From the sequence record MW349129.1: a stretch of 64,000 bases of DNA, one strand, 5' to 3'. Positions 38,877 to 49,143 of the stretch are shown here, piece after piece. The notes below the pieces were generated by a model. It saw nothing but the letters and a program-made list of their open reading frames with translations, was not told the DNA's origin and made no database searches. Position numbers and translations under genes: made by a program. The number at the start of each line of letters is the position of its first letter. The stretch's first letter is position 1.

Positions 38877-38894
38877 ATATATATTATATAATTG
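38875..38894 (+). promoter_or_regulatory. Putative early promoter
   Basis: AAATATATATTAT-ATAATT-G plus hairpin GAGTTGAT/ATCAACTC. Confidence 0.7.
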
Positions 38895-38951
38895 AGTTGA
38901 TGATTAGATTTATCAACTCAATTTAATTTTAATTAATATGAGGAGAGTGAA

Positions 38952-40133
38952 ATGGATATGAGTAAAGCAATGAAAGATTTCTTTATCAATTATGATATTT
39001 CTTATATTGATATTAATGAGAATCATGAACTTAATGAAATTGAAAAAGAAGAATTATTAAAATTAATGGATATCAATATTACATCTGAAGGGGTTGATAT
39101 TTTAATAAGTGATAATGTTAAATTAATTAATTTTAATGGTAATTATTTAAAAAATTTCGTATTTAATTATTACTATACAAATAATGAATCACTAAAAGTA
39201 TTTTTAAAAGATGTTATCAAAGATATTATTATGTATGGATATAAAGAAGATAGAAAAATAAGTCTAAATATAAATCAATTACCTTTAATATTCTATATAA
39301 ATAAATTTTGTAAAGATAATGGTATTAAAAATATTAAATTCTTTTATACTTTTAAAAATTCATATGGAAATTTTTCATTTGGTTTATTAAAAGAAGAACA
39401 TCTAGATGAATTTATCAATGATATGGATGAAATAAGTAATAATAAATTTTTCAATTTAAATAGAGAATTTTTAGATACTAAATTATTGATTAATGGAAAT
39501 AAAAAGAAATTTATGAAACTAATGTCTAGTTTAATAGATTTGGATATGTCACATAAGAGTAATATATTTAAATTAACAATGATAAATTATTTTTATAAAT
39601 TATTCAATAGACATATTGATAGTAAAGAAGATTTGGAATATGCAGATGAATTAATGAAGTCTAAAATAGATAGCGTTAAATATGATGAATTTAATAAATA
39701 CTATCTATTTGAAAGATCCATAATTGGTATAGATACATTATATGAACTCCTAGGATACAATAAGATAACAAATTATAATTATTTTACTGAAAAAATACAA
39801 AGAGTTGAAGATGAAGATAAAGTTAAACACCTTTCAAAAATCAATTTCTTTAAATCAATAGATGATATTTATAAGGAAGCATCATTCTTGTTATCCTTTG
39901 AAACAGCCAATGAATATACAGACATTGCAGTTAAAGAAATATTAAGATTAATTGAAAATAATTTTACAGAAAATCAGAAAAAACAATTTGTTAAAGCATA
40001 TATGAGTATCAAAGATAGTTCATTTAACATTTCAAATGATAAATATAATCAAACATCTACACTTGTTAAAATGTCTAAAGGAAAATTAAAGAAATTAATT
40101 ATGAATGAAACAGTTAAAAAGACATTTATTTAA
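38952..40133 (+). CDS. Hypothetical protein, tag end VKKTFI
   Basis: GAGGAG SD. Confidence 0.85.
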   Translation: MDMSKAMKDFFINYDISYIDINENHELNEIEKEELLKLMDINITSEGVDILISDNVKLINFNGNYLKNFVFNYYYTNNESLKVFLKDVIKDIIMYGYKEDRKISLNINQLPLIFYINKFCKDNGIKNIKFFYTFKNSYGNFSFGLLKEEHLDEFINDMDEISNNKFFNLNREFLDTKLLINGNKKKFMKLMSSLIDLDMSHKSNIFKLTMINYFYKLFNRHIDSKEDLEYADELMKSKIDSVKYDEFNKYYLFERSIIGIDTLYELLGYNKITNYNYFTEKIQRVEDEDKVKHLSKINFFKSIDDIYKEASFLLSFETANEYTDIAVKEILRLIENNFTENQKKQFVKAYMSIKDSSFNISNDKYNQTSTLVKMSKGKLKKLIMNETVKKTFI

Positions 40134-40147
40134 AGGAGAATCCACTT

Positions 40148-40861
40148 ATGTTAGTTAAAAAAGAAAAATTAAAGAATAGAAATGATATTAGAATAGATCA
40201 TATTATAAGTATTAATTTAGATGATCCTTCTTCACTTAATATGGTTTCTTTTCAATTATTAATAGAAAGTAATATTCTGAGTTGTTATATTAATAACAAC
40301 TTGGATACTACTTTATTTACTAAAAAAGAATTAGATAAATATAATAAATTCATAGATTTTGCTATTGATAATTTTGAATCAAATGGTTTATTTATAAATA
40401 AAAAACCAGATGAATTTCTAACTGGTTTAATAAGAAAAGCTTCTATTTCTAGATTATTTAAAATGATTGACCCAATTGATAAAACTATCAGTAATGAAAA
40501 TTTATTTATTACTAGATTAAAAAATATTAGATATAATATAAATGAGACTGATAGTAAAGATTTAGCTTACTTCTTATATACTAATTTTAGAGAAGATATA
40601 CCATTAGATAGATTAAAAGGTTTAATGTATAATCCACATTTAACATCATTATTTGAGTATTTAATGAATGGTAATTTAATAATGGAGATTGATGAGCAAT
40701 TATTAAATAAATGGATTATGTTTATTGATTATGAAATAGATGCTATTAAGGGACCTAATTATTATAGATTAAGACATAGTTTAGTTAATGTAATTAATAA
40801 GTATAATAATATACAAGAAGCTAAAGGTTATTTAGGATATGAAAGATTAGAATTAGAATAA
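40148..40861 (+). CDS. Hypothetical protein
   Basis: AAAGGAG SD. Confidence 0.85.
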   Translation: MLVKKEKLKNRNDIRIDHIISINLDDPSSLNMVSFQLLIESNILSCYINNNLDTTLFTKKELDKYNKFIDFAIDNFESNGLFINKKPDEFLTGLIRKASISRLFKMIDPIDKTISNENLFITRLKNIRYNINETDSKDLAYFLYTNFREDIPLDRLKGLMYNPHLTSLFEYLMNGNLIMEIDEQLLNKWIMFIDYEIDAIKGPNYYRLRHSLVNVINKYNNIQEAKGYLGYERLELE

Positions 40862-40890
40862 ACTTGAAGTTTAGTGAAGGGAAATTTTGA

Positions 40891-41550
40891 ATGGAGAAAT
40901 TTAGAAATGAATTAATAAACCATTATACTGATTTGCTAAGATTTAAAGATGATTCTTATTATTATTATAGATTAAAAATTAATTATTTGAATTTCGATTT
41001 TTCTAAAAATGTAAATTTAAGAAAAAGTAATGTGTTTAAATTAAATGATAAAATCAGCTTTTTCTTATATTTTAAAATTTTAATCCAAGATTTTATTTCA
41101 AATAGTTTAGATGAAAGTAGCGTGTCATTAATATTTTCAAGTGATTTTGATAATAATAATTTTATTTCTATATTATTCACTAAGTATGGTTCTGATATTG
41201 AATTGAAATTAGATTTAGGTGTATATTATGATTTACATGCAACTAAAATAGCTTTAATAGATTTAAATGAAGAGTTTCATACAGAATATTCGGACGATAG
41301 TGTTATAATTCATACAGATGAAGATAATTTTGAAAATGTAGTTTATTCTCTTCTAAACAAAATTAAATTCATTTTAGGAAATATATATTTATTTAATTTA
41401 TCTTTATTTAAAAATGGAGTGATAGAAGATAGTAATATATTTTATTTAGAAGAGATCGAAAATGTATTTAATGTCAGAAAGAATAGTATAATTGAAGAAC
41501 TTTCTGAAAGTGAAGTTAAAAAATATAAAATCAAAGAAGGGTTTAAATAA
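40891..41550 (+). CDS. Hypothetical protein, tag end EVKKYKIKEGFK
   Basis: AAGGG SD. Confidence 0.85.
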   Translation: MEKFRNELINHYTDLLRFKDDSYYYYRLKINYLNFDFSKNVNLRKSNVFKLNDKISFFLYFKILIQDFISNSLDESSVSLIFSSDFDNNNFISILFTKYGSDIELKLDLGVYYDLHATKIALIDLNEEFHTEYSDDSVIIHTDEDNFENVVYSLLNKIKFILGNIYLFNLSLFKNGVIEDSNIFYLEEIENVFNVRKNSIIEELSESEVKKYKIKEGFK

Positions 41551-41609
41551 AATATAATAGACTAAAAGTTATTTAGCTTACAAAAGATTAGAAATGGAGT
41601 GATATTTTA

Positions 41610-42254
41610 ATGGAAGAGAGTTATCTTGATAAAAGATTTGATAGTGAATATTTTAAAATAAAAACTAGAGATATGATAAACACTGCAAGATTTACTAAAG
41701 AACCAAACTTTGATTTAATTATAAATAACCGTAAAGAAGAAAAAATTTTATATACTAAAAATGACAGTATTAGAAATTTATTTATTGAATCTTTTATCTT
41801 ATATTTAAAAAATAATATTACAGACGTTTATACATTTAGTATATCAAGCAGTGATATTAAGTTAATTTTTAGTTTAAGATACAATCATACGAATAACGAT
41901 ACCAAATTTTTAATTTATATAATAGAAAATGATAAATTTAATTATGAAAAAGATGTATCTGAATTAGAAAAAATATTAAATGACATATCTTCTTTAGTAA
42001 ATAAAGAATACTATATATCTAAAGGTAGTTTTATAATAGACTATTTAGATATTGAAAAAATTGATAAAATATTGTATTACATTAATAAATTAGATGATCT
42101 TTATATACTATTAGATAATTCAGAAAAAGAAGGAAAATCGTATTTAAGTTACAATTCTTTTCTTAAAGAACTTTATTTAAAAAGAAACCTATATTCTAAA
42201 AGTATTACTAAAAAGGAATATACTGATAATTTAGTTAAAGAAAATTTCAAATAA
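41610..42254 (+). CDS. Hypothetical protein, tag end LVKENFK
   Basis: GGAG SD. Confidence 0.85.
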   Translation: MEESYLDKRFDSEYFKIKTRDMINTARFTKEPNFDLIINNRKEEKILYTKNDSIRNLFIESFILYLKNNITDVYTFSISSSDIKLIFSLRYNHTNNDTKFLIYIIENDKFNYEKDVSELEKILNDISSLVNKEYYISKGSFIIDYLDIEKIDKILYYINKLDDLYILLDNSEKEGKSYLSYNSFLKELYLKRNLYSKSITKKEYTDNLVKENFK

Positions 42255-42258
42255 TATA

Positions 42259-42293
42259 ATCCCAATACCTATTAACTCAATAGGTATTGGGAT
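42259..42293. terminator. Bidirectional terminator
   Basis: ATCCCAATACCTATT-AACTC-AATAGGTATTGGGAT. Confidence 0.8.
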
Positions 42294-42309
42294 AAATTTA
42301 AATTATTTT

Positions 42310-42585
42310 TTATTTCTTACTGTCTAATTCAGCTAATTTTAATTTAGCTTTAGTTGCATATTTTTGACGAATTATTTCACGCCATTTTTTACGAGCACGA
42401 GCAGCTTTTTGATATTTAAAGTAAATTGGATCTTGAGCTTCTTTAGCTGCAACTAATGCTAATTGGTTCAATCTACGTTTACGTTTAGTACGTTCATCTA
42501 AACGCATGATATTTTGTTCACGTAAAAGAGCTTCATCAGTTGCTTGCATAATTTGCTCTTCTAGTGGAGTAATATTATTTTTCAT
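42310..42585 (-). CDS. Small basic helical protein, possibly virion-associated
   Basis: LALVAAKEAQDPIYFKY..IRQKYATKA; AAAGGAAG SD favours ATG 42585; near-match late promoter at 42639-42649. Confidence 0.7.
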   Translation of the reverse strand: MKNNITPLEEQIMQATDEALLREQNIMRLDERTKRKRRLNQLALVAAKEAQDPIYFKYQKAARARKKWREIIRQKYATKAKLKLAELDSKK

Positions 42586-42734
42586 AATGGAAGATCTTCC
42601 TTTCAAAATTATTTTTGTTATTCATTATAATGATTATAAGAAATATGTTTTATTTAAGAAATGTGAAAAAATTATTGAATCATAATAACTTATCTTATAT
42701 AAGTATGATTTTATAAGGAGATGAGAATTTATTT

Positions 42735-43968
42735 ATGTCTAATCAAGATAATAAATATGAACGTAAAAGAGCTATAACAGGTTATTTAGAGAATTTAATC
42801 AAATTAATTAAAATAAGAAAACCTGATATTGATAATGAAAAATTAATTAATGCTTGTAGAGAGTATATTAAAAAACATGTAGATCCAGCTTTAATAGAAA
42901 TATCTGGACAAAAAATGAATGTGGATACAACCTTAAGACAAATTATTGATAATAATTTAATTGTAACTGGGTCTGGTTCTATTTATCAACCTCAATCACA
43001 AAGAAAAAATTTAAATGCAGATATGTTAAAAGACTTTATAGATTCTCGTAAAGTAGCTAAGCACAATATGTTTATTTATAAAGGTAAAGATGATGTTTTA
43101 CATGATAAATATATGAATGAACAAAAAACAATTAAGATCTTAGCTAATAGTTATTACGGTGCTATGATTCAGAAGAATAGTACATTCTATGATTCTAATT
43201 CAGGTCCAGCAACTACTTATAGTGGTGTTGATATTGTAACTACTTCAGCAATAGCTTTAGAAAGATTTATTGGTGGTAAAATCTTCTTTATGAATATTGC
43301 TGAAATATATCATTATATATTAAGAATAATTAATGAGAAATATGAAGATCATGATATTAAGATAAAATCAATTCCGACTGATAGAAAAATTCTAGAAGAT
43401 TTAGTTTCTAATATTGAAGAAGATTATAGTGAAGAAGAGTTTCTTAAATTAGAAGATGTATTTAGTAAATTAAGTCAAGAAGATAAAAATAAAGTATATT
43501 TCAAAAATAATTTATCTGGATTAATTGATCATACCGATATATTTGAGAATAAAATTAGCAAAATGACTGGTAGAGAAGATTTCTTAGATCCAAACGAACC
43601 ACCTGAAGATTTGATTCCATTATTAGATGAATTATTTGAGATATTAAAAGATTGGGTTATATATAATTATCAAGATTACAATAGAATGTATAGAATGAAT
43701 TACAAGAAACGTAGAAGTGTTCTCACAATTGACACAGATTCAAATTTCGTTCACTTAGATCCATTATATGAAAAAATGAAATCATTAAAACCTGAAGATT
43801 TCCCTATTGCAGAAAATGGTTTAGAAGATAAATTAGAACAACGTGTAGGTAATATATCTATTATTAACTATCAAATAACTAAATTATTAGAATTATCTTA
43901 CTATAGATTCTGTAAAGATGTAGGATTAGAAGAAGAACATTTAGGTTTAATATCAATGAAAAATGAGT
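42735..43968 (+). CDS. Family B DNA polymerase (split type), exon 1
   Basis: KILANSYYG (motif B), TIDTDS (motif C); joins 44155-44855 to give a 644-aa protein. Confidence 0.88.
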
Positions 43969-44154
43969 ATTATCAAGTTAATGCTCCGTTGTATAGTGAT
44001 ATACAGAAAGACAAATTTATTAATTGCTGGGATAATTCATTAATTAAATCAGCATCTTAAGAAATTAAGTTCAACGACTAAATATAAATATACTTAATAT
44101 AAAGTATAAGATATAGTCTAATCTTTGTTAAATTAATAAAGACTAATAAAAATG
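43969..44154 (+). ncRNA. ORF-less group I intron (186 nt)
   Basis: AATTGCTGG (P), AATCAGCA (Q), GTTCAACGACTA (R), AAGATATAGTCT (S); P1 GAGU/GCUC with U.G pair; terminal G; splicing restores MKNE-F-LLDKQ..KKKTYAS. Confidence 0.9.
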
Positions 44155-44855
44155 TTTTACTTGATAAACAATTAACAACTGATAAAAAGAAAACTTATGC
44201 ATCATCAGTAATTCAACAAGAAGGTAATTTAGTTCAACCACCAGATTTAGATGTTAAAGGTATGGCTATCAGAAAAGTAAATACTAATAAACGTATTAGA
44301 GAATTATTTACTGAAATATTACAAAAAGATATTTTAGAAAATAAAACTGGTGTAGATCGTATTAAGATAATACGTAAATTTAAAGATATTGAAGAAATGA
44401 TTAAGAAATCATTAGATAATGGAGAAATTGAATTCTTAAAACCATTTAAGGCTAATAATGCTGAGGTATATAAAGATCCTTACTCTCAAATGGCATATAG
44501 AGCTGCTTTAGCATGGAATATAATGTACCCAGAAAAAGAAATAGCACTACCTGCTAAGATATTAGCAGTTAAATTAAATATTAGTACATTTGGAGATATT
44601 AAAAATAAGATAACTGATGAAGATACTTTAAATAGATTTAGAGAAGTATTTAAGAATGAAAGTTTAGTTAAAAATGGTTTAAATGTAATTGCAGTTGAAG
44701 GTAATACAATTCCTGAAGAGTTTAGACCTTTTATTGACTATGATAGTATGATTGAAGATCATATTAAACCAGGTAAAGATATTATTGAATCTATAGGAGT
44801 TAGAGTATTGGAATCTTCAAATAGCTCATTTGTATCTAATATGATTAAATTCTAA
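44155..44855 (+). CDS. Family B DNA polymerase, exon 2
   Basis: KKKTYAS..QEG..LDVKGMAIRK (KxY motif, thumb); open in frame upstream of the track ATG at 44262. Confidence 0.88.
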
Positions 44856-44878
44856 ATAATTAATCGAGGTATTTAATT

Positions 44879-45454
44879 ATGGAAAAATACTATAAATTTA
44901 ATTTATTTGAATGCATACTGAAAAGTATTGGTATGCATTCAGATGAATATGAAAATGTGATAAGAAATATAAATAAAAATTTTACATCTTTATATTTTTA
45001 TGACTATGAAGTTAATAATAGCAATATAGATGAGTTGATATATAACAATATACATGAACAATTAATTGACAACGGATATTTTTTATTTGAAGTTAATGAA
45101 GAAGAAAAAATATTAATTGATTTTGAAAATAATCTTTTATATGATAAATATAATGAGAAAATAGGAATGGTTTCTTTAAATAGAATTACTTCTTCTAGAG
45201 TAAATTTATTTTCAGATTTTGAGAATAAATATAGAGATCTAATATTTATGGAGAAAGAAGATATAAAATATGAAAATCTAATTGATATGGGTTTTAATAT
45301 TGTTCCTACTTTTGAAACTTCTATTGTATGTAAAAATAAAATAAATAATTTTGGTTTTTATAGTTTTGATATTAAAAATATTAAATATAAACTATTAATT
45401 GAATGTGATGAAAAAGAATTCAAGCTTAATAAGATTAAAGATAATTTTATATAA
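44879..45454 (+). CDS. Hypothetical protein, tag end IKDNFI
   Basis: GAGG SD. Confidence 0.8.
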   Translation: MEKYYKFNLFECILKSIGMHSDEYENVIRNINKNFTSLYFYDYEVNNSNIDELIYNNIHEQLIDNGYFLFEVNEEEKILIDFENNLLYDKYNEKIGMVSLNRITSSRVNLFSDFENKYRDLIFMEKEDIKYENLIDMGFNIVPTFETSIVCKNKINNFGFYSFDIKNIKYKLLIECDEKEFKLNKIKDNFI

Positions 45455-45513
45455 TTAGAAAAATCTACCAACTTTTATGTAAAATTTCTTGCATAAATTT
45501 TTAATTTGCGTTA

Positions 45514-45533
45514 AAATATATATTATAGAATTG
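45514..45533 (+). promoter_or_regulatory. Putative early promoter
   Basis: AAATATATATTAT-AGAATT-G plus hairpin TGTATCTT/AAGATACA. Confidence 0.7.
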
Positions 45534-45578
45534 TGATAGAAGTGTATCTTTTTTAAGATACATTTTTAAATAAATGAA

Positions 45579-46901
45579 ATGGAGTATATTAACACTATGG
45601 CAAAACAATCAGATGTAAAAGGACAAAATGAAAATTTGTACCGAAAAAATGGCAGAAAAATACCGGCAAAACAAAGGAAAATGGATGATAATGGTACATG
45701 GTTTTACAGATTTGACCAAAATAGATTTATAATTGATAATATTATGAGATTCAATGAAGATAAAGAATTAGTGAAGCTATTAAAAGAATATAGAAAAAAT
45801 AATAAAGATTACTTTAATAACAATGCTTATTTCTTTAAATTTAATAGAGATGTAACTATTTTTAATGATTATCAAATTTCAATATTTTTAAGTGATATTA
45901 TTAAAGAACATGTTGGAAAAGACTTCTTAAAAGATATTACTTTAAGTGATAATTCTAAATTAATGATAAAAGATACAGGTGATATGGAAGTATGGGCAAG
46001 AGAACCTGAAACTAAAAATTTGTATGATCCACATAAACTTGATTTGGATTTATATAAAATAATATCATATGTGGACTATGAAAGAGATTTAATTATTATT
46101 AATATGATTGAAAATGAAAGTCCTAAGATGTTTAGCTTAGTTATTAAATCTTTAGATCGTATTGATGAAGAAGATATTAGATATAATGAAGAAGAGAAAG
46201 AAATTCAAATCAAATTCACAAAGTCTAATTTAAGAAAAGTATTGACTAGATGTAATAGTAAAACTTTTAAGACTATTTTACCTTTTACGTATAATTATGA
46301 AGGGTTTGATGAAGAACATTCTATCGTATTAGATAAATTTAGTAAAACATATATTAAACAGATTGAAAAAGAAGAATATGATACAAGACAAAAAATTGGT
46401 GGTCAACCATATCATTTAAGACCTGAAAATAGACCTTATTTTGCTAAACGTAGAAAAATAAAAGATTGGGAAGTACTTGAAGTATTTGATGAAAATAAAG
46501 ACGGTTATAAATTGTTTAGTGTTAAAGATAAATCCAGTGGAGTTATTTATTTAGTTTATTATACTGGTAAGGATTATCATGGTAAAGGTATTTTAAAACA
46601 AGGTAAGGATGTGCCAAGATTACAAGATCCTTCCAATTATAGAAAAGCAGTAAAAATAAAAGATATTTATTATTCTGTATTAATGACACAAGCAAAATAT
46701 AATTTAATGAAGAAGAATAAATTTGATTTGTATACATCATTTGATTCATCAAAATTAAAATACTTAACTGTGGTTGATGAAGATAATAATGACTCAACAG
46801 ATTTTCTAGATAATTCTACAGTATTTAAAATAAGACAGATTACTTTTGATGAAAATAAATTAGAACCATTAAAAGATAAATTTATCAAGGATTATGAATA
46901 A
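45579..46901 (+). CDS. Hypothetical protein (about 435 aa)
   Basis: Long ORF; the start may be ATG 45597 behind GGAG. Confidence 0.8.
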   Translation: MEYINTMAKQSDVKGQNENLYRKNGRKIPAKQRKMDDNGTWFYRFDQNRFIIDNIMRFNEDKELVKLLKEYRKNNKDYFNNNAYFFKFNRDVTIFNDYQISIFLSDIIKEHVGKDFLKDITLSDNSKLMIKDTGDMEVWAREPETKNLYDPHKLDLDLYKIISYVDYERDLIIINMIENESPKMFSLVIKSLDRIDEEDIRYNEEEKEIQIKFTKSNLRKVLTRCNSKTFKTILPFTYNYEGFDEEHSIVLDKFSKTYIKQIEKEEYDTRQKIGGQPYHLRPENRPYFAKRRKIKDWEVLEVFDENKDGYKLFSVKDKSSGVIYLVYYTGKDYHGKGILKQGKDVPRLQDPSNYRKAVKIKDIYYSVLMTQAKYNLMKKNKFDLYTSFDSSKLKYLTVVDEDNNDSTDFLDNSTVFKIRQITFDENKLEPLKDKFIKDYE

Positions 46902-46917
46902 GGAGACTTTGAATTTT

Positions 46918-47637
46918 ATGTATAAAGAAGATGAAATGAATACAGGTCATATAGTTGCTGATTGTGATGAAGTTTTAGTAAATATTTCCCCTAAGATAGT
47001 TCAATTAATGCATGAAGATTTTGATTATTACAATCAATTCTTCAGACTATCTCCAGAATATAATTATAGCAATCATTATAATACAGTTCTTAATCGTCCT
47101 GAATATTATATTGACCAATGGTTAGTAAGAAAAGATGTTTATGAAAAATTTTCTGAAGACGAAGTTAATGAGGCTAGAAATAGATTACAAAATGAAATTA
47201 TATTTAAAAAAGATTTATACGATACATTAGAACCAACAAATTTAGCTAAAAGTTTGTCATATACAATTAATACACCTTTAATGAATAAATTATCAATTGT
47301 AACTAAAACTTCTGATAATAACTTAAAATCTAAAGAGAAATTTTTGAAAACTTTATTTAGAGGAAGTATGGAAAAGGTTGATATTTATTATCTTGAATCA
47401 GATGAGAAGAAATCAGATGTAATCAATACACTAGGATATGTTACTAGAATATATGAGGATGAAGTTAGTAATATTAAAGACATTATTATGAATTGTGATA
47501 ATGTTATGCAAACTGGCATCGATATTCCTTCATTAGGATATAACCAAAAATTAGATGAAGCAACTATTATGAAAGCTAAAGAAAAAGAGATAGACTTAAA
47601 TTATTTCAGTTATATGAGTAATAGTTTAGTTAATTAA
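46918..47637 (+). CDS. Putative HAD-family 5-prime-nucleotidase
   Basis: IVADCDEVLVN (DxD motif I), IVTK, late EDEVSN acidic motif; AGGAG SD favours ATG 46918. Confidence 0.55.
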   Translation: MYKEDEMNTGHIVADCDEVLVNISPKIVQLMHEDFDYYNQFFRLSPEYNYSNHYNTVLNRPEYYIDQWLVRKDVYEKFSEDEVNEARNRLQNEIIFKKDLYDTLEPTNLAKSLSYTINTPLMNKLSIVTKTSDNNLKSKEKFLKTLFRGSMEKVDIYYLESDEKKSDVINTLGYVTRIYEDEVSNIKDIIMNCDNVMQTGIDIPSLGYNQKLDEATIMKAKEKEIDLNYFSYMSNSLVN

Positions 47638-47645
47638 TAATTATT

Positions 47646-47678
47646 GCCATGTTAAGTTTATAGCTTAACATGGCTTTT
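47646..47678 (+). terminator. Intrinsic terminator overlapping a near-match late promoter
   Basis: GCCATGTTAAG / CTTAACATGGC then TTTT; AACA-TGGCTT-T at 47667. Confidence 0.7.
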
Positions 47679-47724
47679 ATATATTTATTTTTTTTATAAA
47701 ATAAGATTGGAAGTGAAATGTTAG

Positions 47725-49077
47725 ATGAAAATAGATATGATCAACGTTGATCAAATTATTACAGCTTATGAAGCTAAAGAAGTTACAAACCCTATTTTCT
47801 TTGATTCAGGAACTTTACCTAAAGAAGACGGTTTATTCTCATATGAAATATTTGGTTTAATAGGTACTGATGAAAGAAAGAATAATGTAGGTTGGATTAA
47901 TCTAGGCGGTAAATACCTAAATCCTGTAGCTTATAAATCTATGAAAGAATTAGATAAAAATGTCGATTTATGTATTCAGGGATCTGATTACTTTAAAATT
48001 GAAAAAGGGCAATTAGTTCCAGATGAAAATGGAGAAACTGGGTTAAATTTCTTATACGATAATTATGAAAATCTTAAATTTAGAAAAAATGATTCTCGTA
48101 TCCGAAATGAAAAAATTGATATGCTTAAAAATACTCCTAAAGATAGAATATTTACAGATAAATGGCCCGTAATACCTGCTTTCTATCGTGACTTTAATCC
48201 TAATGAAACTTCAGGAGAAATTCAGGATACTGAAGAAATAAATGATATGTATGCAAGTATCTTAAGATCTGTAGATTCAATTAGTTTTAATTCATTTGAA
48301 TTTGTAGCTAATACGACTAAATATAATATTCAAAATAAATTATTTGAAATATATGTTAAATTAACTTCAGGTGAACTATCAGGTAAAACTGGTATGATGC
48401 AAAGAAATATTTTAGGTAAAACAGTAGATAATAGTACTCGTTCAGTTATTTCTTCACCTAAAATTAATTCAAATAAATGGAATGAAATGCAAATTGAATT
48501 CGGTCAATTAGGTGTTCCGTTAACTCAATTAATAACATTATTCTTACCTTTCTTTAGCAAATATATTATAGACTTTATTGAAATTCATAAAGATGCTTTC
48601 CAAACTGCTACTGGAACTGATGAAAAAGAATTATCGCTAGAAGAAGTATATGAACAATTTGATGATAAATCTATTAAGAATATGTTAGAATTCTTTATTA
48701 AAGATCCTAATGAAAGATTTAGTCCTATATATGTAAATGACAGACAAGGTAAACGTCATAAAGTTAAATTATTTGAAAATACTTTAGGCAGAACTTTTAC
48801 TGTAATTGATTTACTTTATATAGCTGCTACAGAGATATGTGAAGATAAGCATGTAGTTTATTCAAGATATCCGATTGAAAATTTCTTGAATGTGGCTCCC
48901 GCTAAAATTAAAATATTAACTACAGTTGATACAATTCCAGAAATTACTTTAGATGATATTGTACTTAAAGATTATCCTAAAGTTGTTCATGAATATCCTG
49001 TTGATGAAGATGTATTTATAGATACTGCTATTATACACAACAGTTATGCCGGAGCACTTGGAGCAGATTTTGACGGT
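47725..49077 (+). CDS. rpoC: Phage multisubunit RNA polymerase beta-prime N/M subunit, exon 1
   Basis: DGLFSYEIFG, PVIPAFYRD, GKTG..RNILGKTVD..RSVI, SRYP, GADFDG; no zinc-finger cysteines in the region A zinc-binding position. Confidence 0.9.
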
Positions 49078-49103
49078 AAAAAATTTCTTTCCATTCCCCA
49101 TGA

Positions 49104-49115
49104 AACATTAATCTA
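49104..49115 (+). promoter_or_regulatory. Intron-internal putative late promoter for the endonuclease
   Basis: AACA-TTAATC-TA, 16 nt before the SD. Confidence 0.55.
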
Positions 49116-49143
49116 TTAATAAATAGATATTGGAGAGATAAAA

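Noticed and set aside
42589-42600. Palindrome GGAAGATCTTCC over the RBS
   Set aside because: Only a 4-bp stem is possible and it is a single occurrence.
43969-44261. DNA polymerase as two separate genes or a pseudogene
   Set aside because: The gap has all group I core elements and splicing restores a continuous frame.
49078-49119. RNAP gene ending KKFLSIPHETLIY, i.e. a dead DFDGK active site
   Set aside because: This is intron sequence; exon 2 at 50550 supplies the last Asp.
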